64,000 nt of DNA from an uncultured Schumannella sp. (GCA_964586645.1 CAZPJC010000001.1:2361-66360), one strand, 5' to 3'. Shown: positions 8,561-16,948, numbered from the stretch's first letter. A program made the numbers and translations. Notes: generated from the letters alone by a model not told the origin.

Positions 8561-8737
8561 ATGAGCGCAATCGCCGACGCGGCCACGAACGCCGCTATCA
8601 CACTGAACAACGCTGCGCTGCGAGCCCCGGAGCCCGAGTGGCGTCGAGTGCAGAACGTCGTCCGGGAACTCGAAGACCTCGCTGTCGAGCACTCGCCCAT
8701 CCGGGCCGCGCTGCGCCGGCTAGGCATCCAGAAGTAG
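8561..8737 (+). CDS. Hypothetical protein
   Basis: AAAGGAG RBS then MSAIADAA. Confidence 0.65.
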   Translation: MSAIADAATNAAITLNNAALRAPEPEWRRVQNVVRELEDLAVEHSPIRAALRRLGIQK

Positions 8738-8783
8738 TTGCTTAAGGAGCGGCGATGGACGACCTACGCCCAACGGAGTACGA

Positions 8784-8957
8784 ATGATTGACCCGCGCGA
8801 AGTTGATGAGGCCCTTGCGCGCCTTGCCGATGGTTTGCCCGATCAACACCCCGACGTCGCTCTCGTCGCCAAGGGACTTGCTCAGGCTCGCGCAGCGGTG
8901 GTCACAATGACCGAAATCTGCAACTCGCTAAGCCGCGACTACCGTAACAAACCCTGA
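8784..8957 (+). CDS. Hypothetical protein (57 aa)
   Basis: Read manually (MIDPREVDEAL...); GGAG RBS. Confidence 0.55.
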   Translation: MIDPREVDEALARLADGLPDQHPDVALVAKGLAQARAAVVTMTEICNSLSRDYRNKP

Positions 8958-8982
8958 CGCATCCTTTCACGCAGGAGGAGAC

Positions 8983-9189
8983 ATGGACATCAAGGAACTT
9001 GGCCGGGTCTACATGGATGCGGTCGATGACAACCACTACAACGGCGACGGCCTAGAGGCTGTGCAGCGTGCGGTCGCGTGGGAAGCCATCACGGTGATCC
9101 ACGACTTCCTCAACGACGCCGAGCGGTGCGAACCCCTCGAGACCGCCCTTGAGCGGCACTTCGGGTTCGTCGAGGCGAGCACTCAATAG
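8983..9189 (+). CDS. Hypothetical protein
   Basis: AGGAGGAG RBS. Confidence 0.7.
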   Translation: MDIKELGRVYMDAVDDNHYNGDGLEAVQRAVAWEAITVIHDFLNDAERCEPLETALERHFGFVEASTQ

Positions 9190-9212
9190 TTCTAGCTTTC
9201 AAGGAGAAGATC

Positions 9213-10082
9213 ATGGGTCGAGAGATCAAGCGCGTCCCGGTCGGATTTGACTGGCCGCTCAAGAAGGTGTGGTCGGGCTACCTCATGCCCGAGTGGCTGC
9301 ACGAGGAATCTTGCCCGGACTGCAAGAACGGCTATAGCCGCCAGGCTGAGGTCTTCCACGACGAGTGGTACGGCAACGCTCCTTTCGACCCGATCAGCAC
9401 GGGATCTACCCCGCTCACTCCGGCGACGCCGAAGGTGCGAGCGTTTGCAGAGCGCAACGTCGCGTCCGCACCCGACTTCTACGGAACGGGTGAGACGGCC
9501 ATCGTTCGACAGGCAGAGCGCCTGTGTGGACTGTGGAACGCATCGTGGGGCCACCACCTGTCTCAGGTGGACGTGGATGCCCTGGTTGACGGTGACCGGC
9601 TGTGGGACTTCACGCGGGACTGGGTCGCCGGCGAGGGTTGGAAGCCGAAGGTTCCGGCATATCGTCCGACCGCAGCGGAAGTGAACGATTGGTCGATCGG
9701 CGGATTCGGTCACGATTCGATCAACTCTGGGATCGTCGTCCGCGCGCGATGCGAGCGCGAGGGTGTGCCGTACGTGTGCGCGACTTGCAAGGGTCACGCC
9801 TCGATTCCGAAGTTCAAGGGGCAGCGAAAGCTCGCGAACAAGTGGAGGTCGATCAAGCCGCCGAAGGGCGAGTGGTGGCAACTCTGGGAGACGGTGAGTG
9901 AGGGATCGCCCGTCAGTCCTGCCTTCGAGACCCCGGAAGAACTTGCCGAGTGGATCAACCCTGCCGACCCTGCCGCGTCGCTCGAATGGGTCACGGGTGC
10001 GGGCTGGGCTCCGAGTATGACCGTGGTGGGTGGCGTGCTCGCCACGTCCTCGGATTATGCCGAGGGAACCGCGAAGCTCTAA
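9213..10082 (+). CDS. Hypothetical protein with split CxxC...CxxC (DnaJ-like Zn finger) motifs
   Basis: CPDCKNG and CATCKG; C-terminal WQLWETVSEGSPVSP; AAGGAG RBS. Confidence 0.8.
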   Translation: MGREIKRVPVGFDWPLKKVWSGYLMPEWLHEESCPDCKNGYSRQAEVFHDEWYGNAPFDPISTGSTPLTPATPKVRAFAERNVASAPDFYGTGETAIVRQAERLCGLWNASWGHHLSQVDVDALVDGDRLWDFTRDWVAGEGWKPKVPAYRPTAAEVNDWSIGGFGHDSINSGIVVRARCEREGVPYVCATCKGHASIPKFKGQRKLANKWRSIKPPKGEWWQLWETVSEGSPVSPAFETPEELAEWINPADPAASLEWVTGAGWAPSMTVVGGVLATSSDYAEGTAKL

Positions 10083-10113
10083 CGCACTATCTACACGTAA
10101 AGGACTACGGCTA

Positions 10114-10332
10114 ATGTTCGATCCCCTCACCATTAGTCACCTGAAATCCAACCCGGCTCTCATGCGCCCCTATTGCCAGATGTGCAAATGGCACGGCTCC
10201 TGGTGGACGTGGGAAGGCGACTGTCGAGGCGAATTCGAAGACCACCAGAAGGGCTCCGGGATACCGCGTTGCCGGTGGTTAGTAGCCGCCGAAAAGGCCG
10301 GTCATCGTTCGAACATAAGTACTAAACTCTGA
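10114..10332 (+). CDS. Hypothetical Cys/His protein
   Basis: AAAGGA RBS; CQMC. Confidence 0.55.
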   Translation: MFDPLTISHLKSNPALMRPYCQMCKWHGSWWTWEGDCRGEFEDHQKGSGIPRCRWLVAAEKAGHRSNISTKL

Positions 10333-10347
10333 CGTAAAGGACATGGC

Positions 10348-10614
10348 ATGAAGATCGGTTCAATACCAATTCGCCCCGAGGCTCAGCTGCGGGCAATCGT
10401 CGTCAGCGACCTTCGCGTGGCGGGGCTGAACGGCACGTCCGGGCTCAGTCGGGTCGCTGAAAAGATCGTTAGCGATCTGTTGCAGCACCACGAGGTAGCG
10501 CGATATCGCGAGGCCCTCGAAGAGATAGAGGAATACCACTCCGGGCGTAAGGGAGTTCACCCCGATATCGCCTTCGATAGCATCACGGAAATCCTCGCAG
10601 AGACTCTCCACTAA
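10348..10614 (+). CDS. Hypothetical protein
   Basis: AAAGGA RBS. Confidence 0.6.
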   Translation: MKIGSIPIRPEAQLRAIVVSDLRVAGLNGTSGLSRVAEKIVSDLLQHHEVARYREALEEIEEYHSGRKGVHPDIAFDSITEILAETLH

Positions 10615-10736
10615 CCGAACGAATATACGAATACTTGACGATGTAGAGGCTTGGGCTGCCGGACGCGACGCCAGATGAAGGCGCGGACGCGGTAGCTGCA
10701 AACGGGGCACCTTCTCCCCGCCAAGAACAGAGGTAG

Positions 10737-10774
10737 AGACCGGAAGTTCCGAAAGGGCTTCCGGTCTTCTCGTT
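10737..10774 (+). terminator. GAAA-capped hairpin, terminator-like
   Basis: agaccggaagttcc-gaaa-gggcttccggtct followed by tctcgtt. Confidence 0.55.
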
Positions 10775-10792
10775 GCGCCCGAACGGAGCCGC

Positions 10793-10951
10793 ATGACCGA
10801 GTGCCTGCACGAATACTTCACCGGCCACTACCCGCACGGGTTCATCTGCGACGACTGCGAAGTCGTCTGGGGTGTCCTCGATCCGCGCTGGGACACCTGG
10901 CAGGAGCGAATCGACGCTGCCCGCAACCCTCAACCTCCAACCCTGTTCTAA
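10793..10951 (+). CDS. Small Zn-binding protein (52 aa)
   Basis: Read manually (MTECLHEYF...CDDC). Confidence 0.55.
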   Translation: MTECLHEYFTGHYPHGFICDDCEVVWGVLDPRWDTWQERIDAARNPQPPTLF

Positions 10952-10959
10952 GGAGCATC

Positions 10960-11310
10960 GTGAACAGATCCAAGCAGCGCGGAACCGCCCTCGAGCGGCT
11001 CGCGGCTGACGGCTTCGCTGAAGCCCTGAACGACGACCGAATCGACCGAGCCCCACTACGCGGGGACGGCGACCGCGGAGACATCGCGGGCCTGTACTCA
11101 CCCTTCGGCAAGGTCGTCGTGGAATGTAAGAACGTCGCCCGCCTCGACCTCGCCGGATGGGTGGAAGAAGCCCGCATCGAAGCCGGGAACGCCGACGCTA
11201 TCGCTGGCGTGGTGCTGCACAAGCGCCGCGGCAAGGGGAAGTTCCTCGACCAGTACGTGACCATGACCGTCCGCGACCTCCTCGCGATCGGCTGGGGAGT
11301 GCAGGCATGA
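10960..11310 (+). CDS. Holliday junction resolvase (Hjc-like PD-(D/E)XK)
   Basis: KQRGTALER...GDI...VVVECKN; AAGGAG RBS before GTG. Confidence 0.8.
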   Translation: MNRSKQRGTALERLAADGFAEALNDDRIDRAPLRGDGDRGDIAGLYSPFGKVVVECKNVARLDLAGWVEEARIEAGNADAIAGVVLHKRRGKGKFLDQYVTMTVRDLLAIGWGVQA

Positions 11311-11519
11311 TCACCGCTACCTCGGAGCACGTCTGTGAGCGGCACGCGTTGATCGGTGTGGAGTGTTCCGGCCCGGCCGAGTTCATCCTCCGCCGCCACG
11401 ACAAGACGCACTACATCTGCCGCGCATTCGCGCAACACATCTGGACGATCGGCCGCACCCTCTGCTACGACTGCCGCCGCCGAATCGTCGACCACTGGGA
11501 CACGGAGCCGATTCGATGA
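11307..11519 (+). CDS. Small Cys/His protein
   Basis: ATGA-coupled; C..H...C...C..CYDC. Confidence 0.6.
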   Translation: MITATSEHVCERHALIGVECSGPAEFILRRHDKTHYICRAFAQHIWTIGRTLCYDCRRRIVDHWDTEPIR

Positions 11520-12379
11520 ACTACCCAACCAAGCCCGGATCGTCGGTCATCCTCGACCTCCCCGATGAGGCGTACCACTCGATGCCGGAGCTGTCGTCGT
11601 CTCAGGCGAAGGCGTTGCTCGAGTCGCCTGCCCGGTTCAATTACTGGCGGAACAAGCGACGCCCGGAGAAGAAGGCCTACGACGTCGGCCATGCGGTCCA
11701 CGCGAAAGTGCTCGGTGTCGGTATGGGCATCGAAGTTCTCGACTTCGACAACTACCGCACGAAGGCGTCGCAGGAGGAGCGTGACGCCGCCTACGCGGCT
11801 GGCCTGACGCCGATGCTCGCCAAGGAAATGCAGCCGATCAACGACATGGCCGAGTCGGTGCTGAAGCATCCGACCGCTGCAACGCTGCTCGCCCAACCGG
11901 GGCATTCCGAGGTGTCTGTCCTGTCGACGGATCCGACTACAGAAGTCCCCGTCCGAGCACGGTTCGACTACCTCCCGTTCCCGCGCTCACCGAAAGCGGT
12001 TGCCGTCGAGCTGAAGACAACCGATGATGCCTCACCGGCCGCGTTTGTGAAGTCGATCATCGAGTACGGCTACGACCTCTCCCACGAGTGGTATCGCGAC
12101 ACGTACAGGTGGGCGACCGACGAAGAGGTGGAGTTCGCCTTCATCGTCGTCGAGAAGCGACCCCCGTATCTGGTGGCCCACTACCGACTGCCTGAACTGT
12201 TCGTCGAGATGGGCGCGCGGAAGGCGCTCGAGGCTCGCGTGCAGTACGCGGAGTACAGCGCATCCGGTGTCTGGCCCGGCTACTCGGACGAGATTGTGCC
12301 GCTCGACCCGCCGGTCTGGCACGTCATCCAGCACGAAGAGAAGTACGCCGAAATGGAGATCAGCATTGGACATCAGTAG
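11516..12379 (+). CDS. RecE/exonuclease VIII-like PD-(D/E)XK nuclease (DUF3799-like)
   Basis: YH....LSSS.AK...SPA..., G.AVH, E.S, RARFD..., ELKTT, YGY, F.FIVVEK.PPY. Confidence 0.88.
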   Translation: MNYPTKPGSSVILDLPDEAYHSMPELSSSQAKALLESPARFNYWRNKRRPEKKAYDVGHAVHAKVLGVGMGIEVLDFDNYRTKASQEERDAAYAAGLTPMLAKEMQPINDMAESVLKHPTAATLLAQPGHSEVSVLSTDPTTEVPVRARFDYLPFPRSPKAVAVELKTTDDASPAAFVKSIIEYGYDLSHEWYRDTYRWATDEEVEFAFIVVEKRPPYLVAHYRLPELFVEMGARKALEARVQYAEYSASGVWPGYSDEIVPLDPPVWHVIQHEEKYAEMEISIGHQ

Positions 12380-12917
12380 CACTACCGAGCCGAAGAGTGA
12401 CCAGCAGAACTTTGACGATTATCTGGGCGGATCGAAGACGGTCACCATCGTCGACGTCAAGAAGGGTTCGTCGGAGCAGCCGGTAGAGCTGCATCTGGCC
12501 GAGTTCCCCGGTCGGCCGTACAAGCCCGGGAAGTCGATGAGGAGAGTTCTCGTCGCCTGTTGGGGGAAGGAAGCATCCGAGTACATCGGGCGTCAGTTGA
12601 CGCTGTACGGCGATCCGTCGATCCAGTTCGGCGGTCAGGCTGTCGGCGGGATCCGCATCGCGGCCATGTCGCATCTGACCGAGCCGAAGTCGGTCAGTCT
12701 CACGATTACGAGGGGCAAGCGTGCGCCGTTCGTCGTGAAGCCGATCGGCGCACCGGACCCGAAGCCGCACCTCGCAGCTTTCGCATCCGCGAAAACCCTC
12801 GACGAGTTGCAGAACGCATGGGAGATGGCGAAGGAAGCCGGCGTCACCGGACTCGCTGACGTGATCGCCAAGAAAGACGCCCGAAAGGCCGAACTGACCG
12901 CCGCGGGTAACTCGTGA
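12366..12917 (+). CDS. Conserved phage protein next to the exonuclease (putative ssDNA-binding/annealing partner)
   Basis: MDI..T.EPKSDQ.N.DD...PYKPGKSMRRVL...WG...Y.G..LTLY.DP...FGG..VGGIRI; TTG start after GGAG. Confidence 0.65.
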   Translation: MDISSTTEPKSDQQNFDDYLGGSKTVTIVDVKKGSSEQPVELHLAEFPGRPYKPGKSMRRVLVACWGKEASEYIGRQLTLYGDPSIQFGGQAVGGIRIAAMSHLTEPKSVSLTITRGKRAPFVVKPIGAPDPKPHLAAFASAKTLDELQNAWEMAKEAGVTGLADVIAKKDARKAELTAAGNS

Positions 12918-13276
12918 GGAAGCAACACCCTGACCGCAAGTGCGGCGTAACCGGGTGCAAGCAGAAGTACGACGCGGGCGGCTACTGCAACGCCCACTAC
13001 CAACGGCTCCGCAAGTACGGAGATCCGAGAGCGGGCAAGCCGACCTTGCAGGAACTCGCGGAACGTCGCGCATACGTAATCGGCGAGATCGAATGGTTCA
13101 AGACGTTCGGCGTCTCCGGTGAACTGATCGCCAGCGAGCTGGGATACACCAAGGTCGAGTCCGTCCGCGATCTGCTTCACCGTTGGGGACGACCCGACCT
13201 GGCCGAGCTTTTCATGGACCGCCAGGAAGAGAACTGGTTCCGACAGTGGCTCGAGGGTAAGCATCGGGTCGCATGA
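12914..13276 (+). CDS. Zn-binding/HTH DNA-binding protein
   Basis: CGVTGC...G.CNAHY.R.RKYGDP, then HTH-like IASELGY. Confidence 0.7.
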   Translation: MRKQHPDRKCGVTGCKQKYDAGGYCNAHYQRLRKYGDPRAGKPTLQELAERRAYVIGEIEWFKTFGVSGELIASELGYTKVESVRDLLHRWGRPDLAELFMDRQEENWFRQWLEGKHRVA

Positions 13277-13608
13277 ATCGGGACTTCTCGCCCGCGGCTA
13301 AGGATGCGATCAAGAAGCGTTCGGGGGGGCTCTGTGAAGGGTGTCGGAAGCGAGAAGCGACCGAGTATCACCACCGCAAGTTCAAGTCCCGCGGCGGGAT
13401 CGGAACTGTCGCAAACGGCCTGCACCTGTGCGGGTGGGGCAATCACACCGGATGCCACGGCAAGGCGCACTCTGCTGAACCGCCGTCCGGTTGGGCTCTC
13501 CACTCGTGGGATGACCCGCTACTGGTGCCCGTCGAACTGCACGCTGGCACCTTCTACCTGGACAACGCGGGCGAGTACCGACCGCCCGACGAGATACCGG
13601 AGTTTTGA
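13273..13608 (+). CDS. HNH endonuclease
   Basis: CEGC...HHRK..SRGG...NGLHLC...GCH. Confidence 0.85.
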   Translation: MNRDFSPAAKDAIKKRSGGLCEGCRKREATEYHHRKFKSRGGIGTVANGLHLCGWGNHTGCHGKAHSAEPPSGWALHSWDDPLLVPVELHAGTFYLDNAGEYRPPDEIPEF

Positions 13609-13991
13609 TGGGAGGACAGCTTGTCAGAAAGGCGTGGGCGGCATCGTTCCACGAGACACACCGCGGTAGACCTCTCACCGCCAACGAGAGACAGATCCTC
13701 GTCTACATGGCGACCATCGCCCATGACACGGACGAACACCCGATCTATTGGGCGGGTAGGGAATCGCTTGCCACTCACGCATTAGGGCGCGCTATTCCCG
13801 ATGACCCCAAATTGCGTGAATCGCTATTCAAGTCAGTGTCTAAAGCGACGCGGGCACTGGTTAATCGGCGTGCGATTCAGTTGTTCAATACGGCCCGCCC
13901 TGGGAAGAACCAGGAGTACGAGCTGACTGTGGACAACCTGCTCCCCGCGAGATGGGTGCCGGAACCTGACGTTCCACCATTCGGAACGTGA
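13605..13991 (+). CDS. Putative replication initiator (winged-helix)
   Basis: LTANERQILVYMA...; immediately followed by iteron-like repeats and then ssb. Confidence 0.6.
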   Translation: MMGGQLVRKAWAASFHETHRGRPLTANERQILVYMATIAHDTDEHPIYWAGRESLATHALGRAIPDDPKLRESLFKSVSKATRALVNRRAIQLFNTARPGKNQEYELTVDNLLPARWVPEPDVPPFGT

Positions 13992-14048
13992 GGTTCCACC
14001 ATCGGGAACGCCACGTTCCACCATCGGGAACCTGACGTTCCACCCGAG
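13961..14048. repeat. Four tandem 22-bp palindromic repeats (GGAAC-N5-GTTCC-ACCATCG), putative replication origin iterons
   Basis: Units at 13961, 13983, 14005 and 14027, followed by an A/C-rich tract at 14049-14090. Confidence 0.8.
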
Positions 14049-14133
14049 GAAACAACTAAACCAACAGACCAACTAGACACCAACAATCACCTCCCAGCGC
14101 AAGCTCGCGGAGCCTGTGCAGAACGGACCCACC

Positions 14134-14589
14134 ATGAACGAAACCCCCGTCACCATCATCGGCAATCTCACGGCCGATCCGGAATTGCGTTACACGCAGA
14201 ACGGAATTGCCGTCGCTAACCTCACGATCGCTCAGACCCCGAGATTCTTCGACAAGAACAGCAACGACTGGAAGGACGGAGACCCGCTTTTTCTTCGAGC
14301 GTCTGTTTGGAAGGAGTTCGCGGAACACGTCGCCGGCTCCCTCAGCAAGGGCCAGCGTGTCATCGCGCAGGGCGTTCTTCAGCAGCGCAACTACGACGAC
14401 CGCGACGGGAACAAGCGATCGTCGATCGAGCTGAAGGTCGAAGCGATCGGACCCGATTTGCGCTACGCGACCGCGGCCGTCACTCGAGCCACCGACAGTT
14501 CCGCGAACATCCACGTTCCGACCGCCACGGATCAGGCCGATGCCTGGAACACCCCGGGGCAGTACGACGACCAGAACGCCCCGTTCTGA
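14134..14589 (+). CDS. ssb: Single-stranded DNA-binding protein
   Basis: GNLTADPELRYT, actinobacterial SSB signature, acidic C-terminus ending APF. Confidence 0.95.
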   Translation: MNETPVTIIGNLTADPELRYTQNGIAVANLTIAQTPRFFDKNSNDWKDGDPLFLRASVWKEFAEHVAGSLSKGQRVIAQGVLQQRNYDDRDGNKRSSIELKVEAIGPDLRYATAAVTRATDSSANIHVPTATDQADAWNTPGQYDDQNAPF

Positions 14590-14626
14590 ACACCAGAATG
14601 CCCCAATACACGCCGAAGGAGATGAC

Positions 14627-15193
14627 GTGAAGACTCGAATCGAACACATCCGCGAGTACACCGCCCGCAATGGGGTATCCGTGCAGATCACGCGCAGGGC
14701 TGATGTTGGCCCAGCGATCATCGTTGACGGGATCGAGATTGCTCCACTGAATGTCGCTGCGCTGCGGGAGTACTTCTCGCAGGACGACGACCCTACGAGC
14801 CGTGACATCTGCGCCTCTTGCGGTGTCTACCGCTACGTTCACACTCAAGCCCGGTCGAGGTGCCCCAAGTTCCGCAAGGCCAACCGGATTCAGCGGTTCC
14901 TGTTTCACCACAGCATCATCGGTCACATCCAGGCGTGGGCATGGTGGCGACTGACAACTGAGAACTTCCGGTGGCGTGTGGCGAATCGACTGCACAATCG
15001 TCGCCCGGATCTCTGCTGGTGCTACATGGTGGAAGCCGTTTTGCTACAAGGTGCTCCGAACGACTACAGCAGCAAGTACTACTGCGGTGATCTCTGCAAT
15101 GTGCCGTTACTGAGCCAAGCCCGTCCGTGGGTCGAGGGCCGGTGCTACTGCTCAGTGCCAACACCTTCCGATGCTGGGTCATCAAATGGCTAG
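14627..15193 (+). CDS. Hypothetical Cys-rich protein
   Basis: AAGGAG RBS before GTG; flanked by junction sites at 14581 and 15154. Confidence 0.6.
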   Translation: MKTRIEHIREYTARNGVSVQITRRADVGPAIIVDGIEIAPLNVAALREYFSQDDDPTSRDICASCGVYRYVHTQARSRCPKFRKANRIQRFLFHHSIIGHIQAWAWWRLTTENFRWRVANRLHNRRPDLCWCYMVEAVLLQGAPNDYSSKYYCGDLCNVPLLSQARPWVEGRCYCSVPTPSDAGSSNG

Positions 15194-15647
15194 CGTCGGC
15201 GCGCTGGCCGCGATGACCAGTTCTCAGACCGTCGAGTGGCCGACCCCTGAGTGGCTGTTCGCTCAACTCGATCGAGAGTTCCACTTCACGGTCGACGTCG
15301 CAGCGAACCCGAGCAACGCCAAGGTGCCCACGAAGTTCTACACCGTGGACGATGACGGGCTCTCGCAGAGTTGGGACGGCGAGACGGTTTGGTGCAACCC
15401 GCCGTATGGAGACCAGCTCAAGCACTGGGTCTACAAGGCGGCAACCTCGGACGCGCTGACTGTGATGCTCGTGCCCGCCCGCGTGGACACAATCTGGTTT
15501 CACAACGTCGTCCTCAACCGGGCAGAGATCAGATTCATCAAGGGTCGGCTCAAGTTCGGGGATGCGACCGACTCGGCCCCGTTCCCGTGCATGTTGCTCA
15601 TCTTCCGCAACGCACTATCTGCAAGTACTACCCCGGAGGAATCTTGA
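15186..15647 (+). CDS. Phage Dam-type N6-adenine DNA methyltransferase
   Basis: EW.TP.WLF..L..EF.F..DVAA...NAK, DDGL...W, WCNPPY, VMLVPARVDT.WF, RFIKGRLKFG. Confidence 0.92.
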   Translation: MASVGALAAMTSSQTVEWPTPEWLFAQLDREFHFTVDVAANPSNAKVPTKFYTVDDDGLSQSWDGETVWCNPPYGDQLKHWVYKAATSDALTVMLVPARVDTIWFHNVVLNRAEIRFIKGRLKFGDATDSAPFPCMLLIFRNALSASTTPEES

Positions 15648-16348
15648 ACGACGAATCTCCGCTGGCCGGCCTGCTTGATGCGGTCGACCGGCTCACCCTT
15701 CCGATCAAGGATCCGGTGTGGCAGGACGTTTGGGACGCGACCAAGAATCGCGTGACCGGGCGCGAGGTGGTCACGGTGCATCGTGACGCGCTGCTGGTGC
15801 AGTTGCGTAAGTCGATCGCATCGTCCACTTCTGCCCCGTCTAACCCTGTTTCGGGAGGTAGCGCCATGATGGGCGGCCTCAACATTGCCTCATTCGCCCT
15901 CTACGAGACCGTAGACGGACGAATTAGAGCGGCCTGGGCAGAACTGCGTGGGGAGAAATCTAAAGCCCTTAGTGAGGCGATTCTCCGAAAGTGGTTTGTG
16001 CGCGTCCGCAACCTCTACGAAGCCGGACAGGTACCTGACTCATTCGTCTACGAATGGCAACGCATCACCCGCGGGTGGGTCCGACAAATCGAGGGCATGT
16101 TCAACCCGGAGGTCGTCAAGGAACTCGTGGGACCTTGCCCTGAGTGCCAAGCGACTCGAGCGTCTAACCGTGATGGCGAGGAACAATCGGCCCTCTACCT
16201 GCACTACTCGTCCGAGAACACCCCAGAGGCGATGTGCAGAGTTTGCGGGTGGAACGTATCGGGCGACCGCGGATTGCTCGAGCTGGGCTACCATCTCGGC
16301 GCAACAGTCGACGAAGAAGCCCTAAAAGACATGGGCGTAATTGTGTGA
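15644..16348 (+). CDS. Zn-ribbon protein, possible late-gene regulator
   Basis: TTG after GGAGG; CPEC...CRVC; last gene before the non-coding late-promoter region. Confidence 0.6.
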   Translation: MNDESPLAGLLDAVDRLTLPIKDPVWQDVWDATKNRVTGREVVTVHRDALLVQLRKSIASSTSAPSNPVSGGSAMMGGLNIASFALYETVDGRIRAAWAELRGEKSKALSEAILRKWFVRVRNLYEAGQVPDSFVYEWQRITRGWVRQIEGMFNPEVVKELVGPCPECQATRASNRDGEEQSALYLHYSSENTPEAMCRVCGWNVSGDRGLLELGYHLGATVDEEALKDMGVIV

Positions 16349-16708
16349 CACGCCGTTAGGTCTTGCGCGAACTACACGAGTGTGATTCAATTGGACCACA
16401 CAGGAGAACTCTCTCAACTGTGACAAATCTTGTTCCCCACCGTGCTCCGGCCCTGGTGGGGATTTTTCGTGGGGCTGACCCACTCAGAGAATCATGATCC
16501 GGGCGCTCGATAAGTTCTCGCCCGGATTTTCTCGTCCCGGTAGCGGTTTAGGTCGCATCCGGTGACTGAACGCACCCGGCCGTGCGTTCACCCCGCCTTC
16601 GAGCGGATACAGGCGGCGAGAGGTCGCTAAATCAAAGCGCGTGCGGGCCAAGTTCAATGCTTCGGCAACCTCTGGCCCCACGGCACCACTCCTGTCCCTC
16701 TGCGGAAG

Positions 16709-16948
16709 TTGGAATCGGTGTTTGACCGTCTACTGGTCCCCTCAATCGTCCCCTGCCCGATCGGGAAGCTCCTCGCGGAGACTGACCCAAAGTCGGCAGA
16801 CAACCTGAAAGCCGCTCTCGCCATGAGAGCCGAAGAACTTCCGAACGCGGAGATTCGCCGCGCTCTCCTCGATGAAGCCAAGTTCACAACCTCGGTTGAG
16901 ACGATCTCGGCGCACCGCAAGGGAGACTGCCGGTGTACGAAAATCTGA
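16709..16948 (+). CDS. Small protein (C...HRKGDCRC), partner of the phosphoesterase
   Basis: ISAHRKGDCRC C-terminus; overlaps the next gene. Confidence 0.65.
   Translation: MESVFDRLLVPSIVPCPIGKLLAETDPKSADNLKAALAMRAEELPNAEIRRALLDEAKFTTSVETISAHRKGDCRCTKI

Larger units (their letters stand above)
4510..10651. repeat. Array of about 20 degenerate palindromic AY-N6-RT junction sites separating single-gene cassettes
   Basis: 28-mers start at 4510, 4827, 4979, 5742, 6011, 6220, 6474, 6648, 6875, 7151, 7423, 7688, 7974, 8324, 8475, 8717, 9172, 10080, 10317 and 10624 (partial at 7030 and 8952). Each lies at a gene junction. Confidence 0.7.

Noticed and set aside
10309-10324. SOS boxes at 10309 (TCGAAC-ATAA-GTACTA) and 10615 (CCGAAC-GAAT-ATACGA)
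   Set aside because: Two or more mismatches in the right arm, and they overlap cassette-junction sites; insufficient support
13961-14048. Possible mini-CRISPR array
   Set aside because: The variable parts are only 5 nt, the period is 22 bp, and there are no cas genes; it fits iterons better
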